DNA from: Archangium sp.
Lineage (GTDB): Bacteria > Myxococcota > Myxococcia > Myxococcales > Myxococcaceae
Assembly: GCA_016792935.1 (NCBI GenBank)
Contig: JAEUJS010000433.1
Span: 1-10,853, forward strand
Length of the DNA stretch: 10,853 nucleotides
Direction of reading: 5' to 3'
Below, piece after piece: positions 1 to 6,395 of this stretch. The notes under the pieces were generated by a model. The model searched no databases. It was not told where the DNA came from and was given only the letters and a program-made list of their open reading frames with translations. The stretch's first letter is position 1. Each line of letters opens with the position of its first letter. The position numbers were made by a program, and so were the translations under genes.

Positions 1-876
1 GTGGTTCAGCGCATCGACGCCGGCCTTCACCGCGAGCATCGCATCGTCTGCGTTGCCGACGTGCGCGACCGCCTTCAAGCCACGCTTGTGCGCCGCCTCG
101 ACGATGGCCTTCAGGTGCGCTTCTTCGAGGCGCGGCATGCCACCGGGCAAATCGTCGACCACCATCTTCACGAACGACGCGCCGTTGGACTTCATCTTCT
201 CGACCGCGGCGTCGGCGTCGGCCGGCGTCTCGATCTCGTACGCGAAGTCGGGAATGAGCGGCCCGAGCACCGTCGGCAGAATCTCGTTCTTCGACGCCGC
301 CGGGTGACCTCCAGTGCGCGTGATGGGAGAGCCCGCAGCGACGATGCGCGGCCCAACCCACGCACCGCTCGCCAGCTGCGCTCTCGCGTCCTTCATCTGC
401 TTCGCGTCGTCTCCCATGCTGACGACCGACGTGACGCCGGAGAAGACGTACGCCTCGAGCGAGTGTTTTCCGTCGGGGAGCGCGAGGTACCAGGGCGGCG
501 CGGCGGTGTTGAAGAGATGCACATGCGCGTCGATGAGCCCGGGCAACAACGTCTTCCCGGTGCCGTCGATTGCCCCAGCAGGCTCGCCTGCTGATGTGAT
601 GACACGCCCGGTTCCATCTGGGCCACCGGCGCTCGCTTCGCTCACCATGCGGCCGATGCTGACAATCTTTCCGTCAGCGACGACGACCTGCTGCCCCTCG
701 AGCACGCCCGCATCGGTGGCGGTGAAGACACGCACGTTCGAGAACACGAGCCGCTCGGGCGCGCCACGCTTCACGAGCGGCCGCCACGTCACGCGCTTCA
801 CCGTCTTCGCGAGAAACCCGCCCAACCCCACCACCGCCACGAGCAGCACCGCGCCCAGCAGCTTGAGGATTCGCAT
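1..876 (-). CDS. Amidohydrolase-family metal-dependent hydrolase with an N-terminal membrane anchor; partial, the C-terminus lies beyond the window start
   Basis: Hand translation of the minus strand from ATG at 876-874 stays open to position 1 (292 codons): MRILKLLGAVLLVAVVGLGGFLAKTVKRV...GKTLLPGLIDAHVHLFN...GASFVKMVVDD...GLKAVAHVGNADDAMLAVKAGVDALNH. The hydrophobic N-terminus and the PGLIDAHVHL HxH metal-binding motif are typical of the amidohydrolase superfamily. The ORF is absent from the supplied track, presumably because it has no stop inside the window. The + strand ORFs 1..594, 53..307 and 314..898 are antisense shadows. Confidence 0.85.
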   Translation of the reverse strand, partial: MRILKLLGAVLLVAVVGLGGFLAKTVKRVTWRPLVKRGAPERLVFSNVRVFTATDAGVLEGQQVVVADGKIVSIGRMVSEASAGGPDGTGRVITSAGEPAGAIDGTGKTLLPGLIDAHVHLFNTAAPPWYLALPDGKHSLEAYVFSGVTSVVSMGDDAKQMKDARAQLASGAWVGPRIVAAGSPITRTGGHPAASKNEILPTVLGPLIPDFAYEIETPADADAAVEKMKSNGASFVKMVVDDLPGGMPRLEEAHLKAIVEAAHKRGLKAVAHVGNADDAMLAVKAGVDALNH

Positions 877-936
877 CGCGCGGGACGTTGCCAGATAGTC
901 GCCAGTTCTCCTCGGGAGAAGTAGCCTGCTCAGTCC

Positions 937-1752
937 ATGCGCTTCGGACTCCTGATCGCGCTGTCGTGTGCTCTCGCTGCGCACGCCGCCAACCCGAAGG
1001 CCACCCAGCTCGCGAAGGAAGCGGACCGTCTCTACAAGGACAACAAGTACAAGGAAGCGGCTGAGACGCTGAAGCAGGCGTACGACGCAGAGCCGACCGC
1101 GCTCTACCTGTACAACATCGCGCGCGCGTACGACCAGGCGGCCGAGCTCGAGCTCTCGCTGGAGTACTACCGCAAGTACACCAGCCAGCCTTCCGACGAC
1201 ACGCAGCCCGACCTCGTGAAGAAGGCCAACCTCGCGATGGACCGCCTGCGCACGCTCGTCGCACGCGGAGAAGCCGACAAGAAGGTGAACGACGCCGAGA
1301 AGAAGCGGCTCGAAGAAGACGCCAAGAAGGCCGAAGCGCGCGCCGAAGCCGAAGCCAGCGAGGCGCGCAAACAGCGCCGTGAGTTCGAAGCGAAAGAGAA
1401 GGCGCGACGCGAAGCTGAAAATCAGCGCATCAACGGCCGCAAGCTCATCGCGTACGTCACCGGCGGCGTGGGCATCGCGGGGCTCGGCAGCGCGCTCACC
1501 TTCGGCCTCATCGCCAACACCAACAAGGAAGCGTTCCGCAAAGCCGAGACGCTGCAGGACAAGAAGCGGCTCGAAGCCGAGACGCGCGGCACGGCAGCGG
1601 TCGCTGACATCACGCTCCTCGTCGGAGTCGCCGCCGCCGTCGCCACCGTCATCATCTATCCGAAGGACGGAGAACCCGACAAAGCGGTGAACGTCGTGCT
1701 CGTGCCCATGGCCGGTGGCGGAGCCATGGCGGGCATCGGAGGCACGTTCTGA
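937..1752 (+). CDS. Secreted TPR-like / coiled-coil protein with C-terminal hydrophobic segments (hypothetical)
   Basis: Signal peptide MRFGLLIALSCALAAHA. TPR-like helices (YKDNKYKEAAETLKQAY, YNIARAYDQAAELELSLEYYRKY). A long K/E/A/R-rich charged helical segment, then two hydrophobic stretches. High GC3 in this frame. The stop TGA at 1750-1752 shares its A with the ATG of the next gene (TGATG). Confidence 0.75.
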   Translation: MRFGLLIALSCALAAHAANPKATQLAKEADRLYKDNKYKEAAETLKQAYDAEPTALYLYNIARAYDQAAELELSLEYYRKYTSQPSDDTQPDLVKKANLAMDRLRTLVARGEADKKVNDAEKKRLEEDAKKAEARAEAEASEARKQRREFEAKEKARREAENQRINGRKLIAYVTGGVGIAGLGSALTFGLIANTNKEAFRKAETLQDKKRLEAETRGTAAVADITLLVGVAAAVATVIIYPKDGEPDKAVNVVLVPMAGGGAMAGIGGTF

Positions 1753-3167
1753 TGCGCCGGCTGGTTCTCGGAATCGTCGCGCTGGTGGCGGGCTCGTGCA
1801 GCTTCACCACCGCCGGCAACTTCGTGGAGTGCAAGAACGACGTCGACTGCGGCGCGGCGACCGCGTGCAGCAGCGGCTACTGCATTCCGCTCCCTTCGGG
1901 CTGCAAGCGCGACGAGGCCGGCGGCAAGCGCAAGGCGTTCGAAGAGGAGTCGCGCATTCCACTCGTCGCGCTCTTCCCCATCACCACGTCGAGCGGCGCC
2001 TTCGACGACTCGCAGGTGCAGAGCGCCAACGCCATCAAGCTCGCCATCTCGGAAGCGAACGACCGCCTGAGCCCCGACCGCGGCTTCTTCGGGCTCTTCG
2101 TGTGCGACACCACGCTCGCTCCCGATGCGGGCGGCATCAACGCGCAGGCGCCGTGGTTCATCACCAACCTGAACGCGCCGGCGATGTTCACCGCGAACTC
2201 GGGACCGACGCGTGAGCTGACGTTGAATGCGGTGCGACGCGATGCGGGTACGTTGATCATCTCTCCCAACGCGACGAGCCCCGAGCTGTCGGTCATCTTC
2301 CAGGAAGACCCCAACGTGTGGCGCGTCGCTCCGCCCGACAACTTCCAGGCGCAGGTGCTGGCGCGGGTGTTGGCCGCCGACCTGCCCGACGCCGGAGCCT
2401 CGCGCATCGCCATCATCTATCCCTCGCCCGACTCGTACGGCGACGGCTTCGCGAACCCGCTCCTCGAGGAGCTCGTGGCGCGCGGCTACACGACGTCGCT
2501 GCACCCGTACACCGAGGGCGACGGCAACACGCACATCTCGGCCATCAACGGAGCGGTCGGCAAACTCCCGCATGCCTCGGTCATCATCGGCACGCCCACC
2601 GACGCCGTGCCCATCATCGAACGCGCGAAGACCTTCCCGGTGCTGCGCCGCTCGAGCGGTCATCGCTGGTACTTCACTGATTCCGGCAAGGACGTGGCGC
2701 TCATCACGCCCAACACCATCACGGAGATCGACGGCGCGTTCGGCACGGCTCCGGCGCAGGGAGCAGGCGCGGCGTTCACCACCTTCCGCGACGTGTTCAC
2801 CACGCGCTACTCCATCGACCCCAACTCGACGAACTTCGTCTCGCACAGCTACGACGCCGCGTGGTTGGTGATGCTCGCCGCGCAGTACGCAGAGGGAAAA
2901 GAGCCCGCCGACCGCACGAAGATCACCGGCCCACGCCTCGCGGAAGGCATGGCCAAGCTCTCGCTCTCGTCGGGCCCCGCGACGCAGCTGCGCGCCGACA
3001 AGTGGACCGAGCTGCAGACCGCGCTCTCGGGCGGCATCGCCACCAACGTCGAAGGCTCGTCGGGTCAGCTCGACTTCAGCATCGACGCGGGCTTCGCGAT
3101 GTCTCCCTACGAGGTGTGGCAGATCGCCGACGCGGGCATCACCGTGCGGCGCTTGATGACGCCCTGA
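1752..3167 (+). CDS. Lipoprotein with a type-1 periplasmic-binding-protein fold (LivK / ANF-receptor-like solute-binding domain) and an N-terminal Cys-rich knot
   Basis: Lipobox LVAGSC. Cys-rich segment ECKNDVDCGAATACSSGYCIPLPSGC. The domain pattern IPLVALFPITTSSGAF...AIKLAISEAN...LIISPNATSPELS...VWRVAPPDNFQAQVLARVL...RIAIIYPSPDSYGDGF resembles Leu/Ile/Val-binding-protein-type SBPs (recalled motifs, not a search). No ABC permease or ATPase genes are nearby. Confidence 0.7.
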   Translation: MRRLVLGIVALVAGSCSFTTAGNFVECKNDVDCGAATACSSGYCIPLPSGCKRDEAGGKRKAFEEESRIPLVALFPITTSSGAFDDSQVQSANAIKLAISEANDRLSPDRGFFGLFVCDTTLAPDAGGINAQAPWFITNLNAPAMFTANSGPTRELTLNAVRRDAGTLIISPNATSPELSVIFQEDPNVWRVAPPDNFQAQVLARVLAADLPDAGASRIAIIYPSPDSYGDGFANPLLEELVARGYTTSLHPYTEGDGNTHISAINGAVGKLPHASVIIGTPTDAVPIIERAKTFPVLRRSSGHRWYFTDSGKDVALITPNTITEIDGAFGTAPAQGAGAAFTTFRDVFTTRYSIDPNSTNFVSHSYDAAWLVMLAAQYAEGKEPADRTKITGPRLAEGMAKLSLSSGPATQLRADKWTELQTALSGGIATNVEGSSGQLDFSIDAGFAMSPYEVWQIADAGITVRRLMTP

Positions 3168-3548
3168 TCATCTCGCCTGGTTCATCCACGCGACGAAGGC
3201 CGCTGCGACTTCTCGCTCGTGGCCTTCGTCACGCTTCAGGCTCTCCAACGCGTAGGTGAAGCGACAGCCGCTCGGCGTGTCTTCGAACGACGCCATGCCG
3301 CTCACCGCGTCCCGCACACCCGACGACGGAACCCACCGCACCTTCTTCGCCGCGTCGTCGTACGCGTAGACGAGCGCATACGAGAGCGACTCGCCGAACT
3401 CGTAGAAGACCTCGAGCGGCCGACCGTTCTCGTCGCTGCGCACCACGCGCGCGCGCCTGAGCCCTGGGAGCCAGAGCCGCGCGACCTTGAGGTCCACGAA
3501 CTCGTCGAACGCGCGCTGCGCACTACCGGGAATCACTGCTTCGAACAT
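3168..3548 (-). CDS. SRPBCC (START / polyketide cyclase-dehydrase-like) superfamily protein
   Basis: 126-aa ORF with coding-like GC3. The size and sequence pattern (FDEFVDLKVARLWLPGL...VFYEFGESLSYALVYAYDD...CRFTYAL) fit small SRPBCC ligand-binding proteins. Its stop (rc TGA at 3168-3170) directly abuts the stop of the convergent gene at 3165-3167. Confidence 0.6.
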   Translation of the reverse strand: MFEAVIPGSAQRAFDEFVDLKVARLWLPGLRRARVVRSDENGRPLEVFYEFGESLSYALVYAYDDAAKKVRWVPSSGVRDAVSGMASFEDTPSGCRFTYALESLKRDEGHEREVAAAFVAWMNQAR

Positions 3549-3551
3549 CGT

Positions 3552-3620
3552 GTCGAGACGGTAACGGGAAACGCGCGCGTTGGCTGTGACGGCTGTGTGA
3601 CGCGCGCGTATACCGTCGAG
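3552..3620. promoter_or_regulatory. Divergent intergenic region with two identical 10-bp palindromes, ACGCGCGCGT (3571-3580 and 3600-3609), nested in an outer imperfect inverted repeat; candidate operator
   Basis: Read directly from the sequence: gtcgagacggta (3552-3563) ... acgcgcgcgt ... gctgtgacggctgtgtg ... acgcgcgcgt ... taccgtcgag (3611-3620). It lies between ATG 3548 (minus gene) and ATG 3623 (plus gene). Confidence 0.3.
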
Positions 3621-3622
3621 CC

Positions 3623-4312
3623 ATGGACCTCCAGCAGGTGCCCGCTCCGCCGCGTGAAGCCTCGACCAACGCGATGAAGGCGTTGGTGCAGCGCCGACGC
3701 ATGGCGATGTTCGGAGTGCTCTTCCCCGCCGTGGTGACGACCGGACTCGCGGTTTGGGCCGGCCCGCAGGTGGTGGAAGACCTGAAGTTCGATTTCGGAA
3801 AACCCGAAGTGGTGAAGGGCCACATCACCGCGACGCAGGTGCAGAAGTCGAGCAAGGGGCGGACCTACGCGTACTGCGCCGACTTCGTGGACGACGAGGG
3901 GCGCGGGCTCAGTGGCAACACGTGCGGCCTCCCGCTCACCACGCAGGTCGGCCCGGTCGAGCTCGAGGTGTTGGAATCGAAGGCGCGCGTGCGCGGCGGC
4001 CGCAACGTTCCTGAGTTCATCGCCGGGTTGGTGGTGTTCGTCGACACCATCTACTTCTTCGTCGGCATCGCGTTGTGGATGCGCGCACGGCGAGAGCTGC
4101 AAGCGATGCGCGAAGGCACGGCGGTCATCGGCACCGCGCTCGGCTCACAGCGAATCAAGAGCAGCACGCGCGTGAAGGTTCGCTACCTCGCCGAGACCGA
4201 GGAGATCGAAAGCTCGACGCTGCTGCCCGGTTCGCTGGAGTTCGCGGCGGGTGAGCGCGTGGTGGTGCTCTTTCATCCGCGCTTTCCGAAGATCTTCGTG
4301 CTGTGGCGGTGA
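3623..4312 (+). CDS. Two-TM membrane protein, possibly DUF3592-like (hypothetical)
   Basis: Two hydrophobic helices (FGVLFPAVVTTGLAVWAG and FIAGLVVFVDTIYFFVGIALWM), each followed by a roughly 80-aa beta-rich segment (e.g. GTAVIGTALGSQRIKSSTRVKVRYLAE...GERVVVLFHP). The start is ambiguous: ATG at 3623, 3674 or 3701, none with a clear SD. Confidence 0.6.
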   Translation: MDLQQVPAPPREASTNAMKALVQRRRMAMFGVLFPAVVTTGLAVWAGPQVVEDLKFDFGKPEVVKGHITATQVQKSSKGRTYAYCADFVDDEGRGLSGNTCGLPLTTQVGPVELEVLESKARVRGGRNVPEFIAGLVVFVDTIYFFVGIALWMRARRELQAMREGTAVIGTALGSQRIKSSTRVKVRYLAETEEIESSTLLPGSLEFAAGERVVVLFHPRFPKIFVLWR

Positions 4313-4314
4313 CG

Positions 4315-5025
4315 ATGCGTCGCGTCGATCAACTCTTGAGCGCGCTCGGCTACTGCAGCCGCAAAGAAGCGCGCGCGTTGTGCGCTGACGGCCGCGTCGA
4401 GCTCGATGGAGCGGCCCTCACGGACGCGAGCGAACGTGTCGATGGCACGCGCGTCACGCTCGACGGAGAGCCGCTCGAGTTTCCTGACGGGCTGCTGGTG
4501 CTCTTCCACAAGCCGGCCGGAGTGGTGTGCACGCACGACTCGCGCGAAGGCCAGCGCGTGTACGACCTGCTTCCTCCGCGGTGGCAGCAGCGAGATCCGA
4601 AGGTCACGACCGTGGGCCGGCTCGACAAGGAAACGTCTGGGCTGCTCGTCGTGACTGATCAGGGCGCGCTCGTGCAGCGCATGACGTCTCCCAAACACCA
4701 CGTCGAGAAGACGTACGTCGCGACGCTCGATGCTGACGTTCCGGCTTCGCTGGTCGACGTCTTCGCGCGCGGCATCGAACTGCGTGAAGGCAACGAGACG
4801 GAGCGAACTGAGCCGGCCGTTCTTCGCATCAACAGTGCTCGTGAAGCAGAGGTCACGGTGAAGGAAGGCCGTTATCACCAGGTCCGCCGCATGTTCGCCG
4901 CCCAGGGTCTTCACGTCGTGACGTTGCACCGCACGCGGTTCGGACCGTGGCGCCTCGACGCGTCACTCGCGCCAGGAGAATGGCGTGCACTCGAATTGAG
5001 CGAGACCGATGTCGCGTCACGCTGA
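4315..5025 (+). CDS. rsuA: 16S rRNA pseudouridine synthase, RsuA family
   Basis: N-terminal S4-like segment MRRVDQLLSALGYCSRKEARALCADGRVELDG. Catalytic motif GRLDKETSGLLV. The C-terminal EGRYHQVRRMFAAQGLHVVTLHRTRFGPWRLDASLAPGEWRAL is nearly collinear with E. coli RsuA ([43 protein letters not shown], from memory). I prefer ATG 4315 over the track's GTG 4303, because ATG 4315 lies 2 nt after the upstream stop (4310-4312) and matches the RsuA N-terminus. Confidence 0.9.
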   Translation: MRRVDQLLSALGYCSRKEARALCADGRVELDGAALTDASERVDGTRVTLDGEPLEFPDGLLVLFHKPAGVVCTHDSREGQRVYDLLPPRWQQRDPKVTTVGRLDKETSGLLVVTDQGALVQRMTSPKHHVEKTYVATLDADVPASLVDVFARGIELREGNETERTEPAVLRINSAREAEVTVKEGRYHQVRRMFAAQGLHVVTLHRTRFGPWRLDASLAPGEWRALELSETDVASR

Positions 5026-5959
5026 GCCGAAGCCCCCTGGGGCGACGGGGTTGGGTAGTGAAGCGCCGCTCGCGACGGGCCCGGCTCACGCGCTGATGCA
5101 CCTCACCGTCTTCGTGTGGGGCTTCACCGCGATTCTCGGGCGATTGATTTCGATCTCCGCGCTGCCGCTCGTCTTCTATCGACTCATCGTCGTCGTCAGC
5201 GTGATGCCCGTCATCATCCGGTGGCGCGGCTTGGCGTTGCGCGTGCCTCCGGCGCAGCTGCGAAAGTTCGCGCTGGTGGGAGCGCTCGTCGCCATTCACT
5301 GGCTCTGCTTCTACGGTTGCATCAAGTACGCGGGCATCGCGGTCGCGGTGCTCACGTTGTCGACGCTGACGTTCTTCACCGCGCTGCTCGAGCCGCTGGT
5401 CTTCAAGCGCAAGCTCAGCGTGCCGGAGCTGGTCATTGGCTTCGGCGTGATGCTCGGCGTCAGCGTGCTCATCAAAGTCGAGACGCAGACCGACACGCTC
5501 GGGCTCGCGCTCGGGCTCGGCAGCGCGCTCTTCTCCGCCGGCTTTGGCGTGCTCAACGGTCAGCTGGCGCGAGAGGCGCGCGGCGAGGTGATGACGTTCT
5601 GGGAATTGCTCGCCGCGACCGTGGTGACCGCGCTGGTGTTCGCCGCGCAGCCTTCGCAGTTCGTCGCGCCGTGGTCGCTCACGCTCGCGGACCTCGGACT
5701 GCTGTTGCTGTTGGGAATCGGCTGCACCGTGCTCCCGTGGCTGTGGAACCTGCGCGTGCTGAAGACGCTCTCGCCGTACGCGCTCGCGCTCGCCGTCTCG
5801 CTCGAGCCCGTCTATTCGATGGTGCTCGCGTGGTTCATCTTTCCGAACGCCGAGCAGCTCACGTGGCGCTTCTACGCGGGCAGCTCGGTGCTCATCGCGC
5901 TCGTCGCGTTGAACACGTGGATGCGAAGACCGCAGCAGCCCGTGCCCGCGACGAGTTGA
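5009..5959 (+). CDS. DMT-superfamily (EamA-like) transporter, about 10 TM
   Basis: Continuous hydrophobic helices with the duplicated EamA-type organisation and high GC3. ATG 5009 overlaps the rsuA 3' end by 17 nt. An alternative start is ATG 5096 (MHLTVFVWGF). Confidence 0.8.
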   Translation: MSRHAEPKPPGATGLGSEAPLATGPAHALMHLTVFVWGFTAILGRLISISALPLVFYRLIVVVSVMPVIIRWRGLALRVPPAQLRKFALVGALVAIHWLCFYGCIKYAGIAVAVLTLSTLTFFTALLEPLVFKRKLSVPELVIGFGVMLGVSVLIKVETQTDTLGLALGLGSALFSAGFGVLNGQLAREARGEVMTFWELLAATVVTALVFAAQPSQFVAPWSLTLADLGLLLLLGIGCTVLPWLWNLRVLKTLSPYALALAVSLEPVYSMVLAWFIFPNAEQLTWRFYAGSSVLIALVALNTWMRRPQQPVPATS

Positions 5960-5964
5960 ATGTG

Positions 5965-6040
5965 TGACTCCGGCGGGGGTTGAACCCGCAACCTCCCGGG
6001 TCATTACTCCGGGCGCTCTAGCCATTGGAGCTACGGAGCC
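5965..6040 (-). tRNA. Atypical tRNA with a canonical cloverleaf body and an expanded 9-nt anticodon loop, AGUAAUGAC (6008..6000); amino-acid identity undetermined; possible 4-base anticodon AAUG
   Basis: Hand fold of the minus strand: GGCUCCG UA GCUC CAAUGGCUA GAGC G CCCGG AGUAAUGAC CCGGG AGGUU GCGGG UUCAACC CCCGC CGGAGUC A. It has a 7-bp acceptor stem (one G-U), U8, a D loop with GG, a possible A15:U48 Levitt pair, G53-C61, a T loop UUCAACC with A58, a 5-nt variable loop and discriminator A. No CCA is encoded. The only gross deviation is two extra nt in the anticodon loop, plus one extra C in the D loop. Confidence 0.75.
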
Positions 6041-6050
6041 GTGAACGACG

Positions 6051-6395
6051 TTACCCCGTCGCTTGAACAGCGATGACGAGCGAATCCATCCAGCCCGACA
6101 CCGAGTGAAGCAGCGCCTCCTGGCTCGGGAGATCCGTCACGGCGTGACTCAGCGTGTACGTGATGCCCGACGACGTGACCGCGATGCGCTGCAGCCTCCC
6201 CGTCGTGTGCAGCTGCCCTTTGAGATGCCGACGCAAGCAATACAGCCGCGACGCGCGCGCCTTCGCGAGTAGCAGCGGGCCGGTGTCGAACGACGTGCCG
6301 GGTTCGCGGTGTTGACGCTGTTCCTTCTTCAACTGCTTCAGTTCGGTTTCGACGCTGCGCAGCGCCTCGCGCCATCGGGTGAGGTCGAGCTTCAT
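6051..6395 (-). CDS. Hypothetical 114-aa protein with no family recognised
   Basis: ATG 6395-6393 is preceded by AGGAG (6407-6403) with a 7-nt spacer and overlaps the upstream stop (ATGA). Product: MKLDLTRWREALRSVETELKQLKKEQRQHREPG...LYCLRRHLKGQLHTTGRLQRIAV...VIAVQATG. Stop TAA at 6053-6051, 10 nt before the tRNA 5' end. The track's longer 155-aa form (start 6518) overlaps the PTH2-like frame and lacks an SD. Confidence 0.6.
   Translation of the reverse strand: MKLDLTRWREALRSVETELKQLKKEQRQHREPGTSFDTGPLLLAKARASRLYCLRRHLKGQLHTTGRLQRIAVTSSGITYTLSHAVTDLPSQEALLHSVSGWMDSLVIAVQATG

Noticed and set aside
1-898. Plus-strand ORFs 1..594, 53..307 and 314..898
   Set aside because: They are Arg/Ala/Ser-rich and low in complexity, and they lie antisense to a minus-strand frame with a clear amidohydrolase HxH motif. 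These are typical shadow ORFs of GC-rich DNA.
906-920. Small hairpin TTCTCC-tcg-GGAGAA upstream of ATG 937
   Set aside because: It has only a 6-bp stem with a 3-nt loop, in a 60-bp divergent intergenic region. It is too short to distinguish from chance, and the GGAG lies too far (17 nt) from the ATG to be the SD.
1656-2846. 396-aa minus-strand ORF, plus 1715..2215, 1877..2416, 2318..2680, 2572..2871 and 2861..3259
   Set aside because: They are Arg/Gly/Ala-dominated with no recognisable motifs, and they lie entirely inside the well-supported plus-strand lipoprotein gene.
4853-6025. 390-aa minus-strand ORF and the 283-aa plus-strand ORF 5116..5967
   Set aside because: They have extreme Arg/Glu/Asp/His composition and overlap the DMT transporter frame, and even the tRNA. 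These are shadow ORFs.
5965-6040. The tRNA as an attachment site of an integrated genomic island
   Set aside because: I found no integrase, recombinase or other mobile-element gene in the window, and no second copy of the tRNA 3' segment. The DNA beyond the tRNA 3' end is housekeeping (DMT, rsuA).
6041-6110. A dedicated promoter for the tRNA (TAACGT about 7 nt upstream of G1)
   Set aside because: A -10-like hexamer is present, but there is no acceptable -35 at 16-18 bp. Co-transcription with the upstream ORF is simpler, and I cannot support a promoter call.
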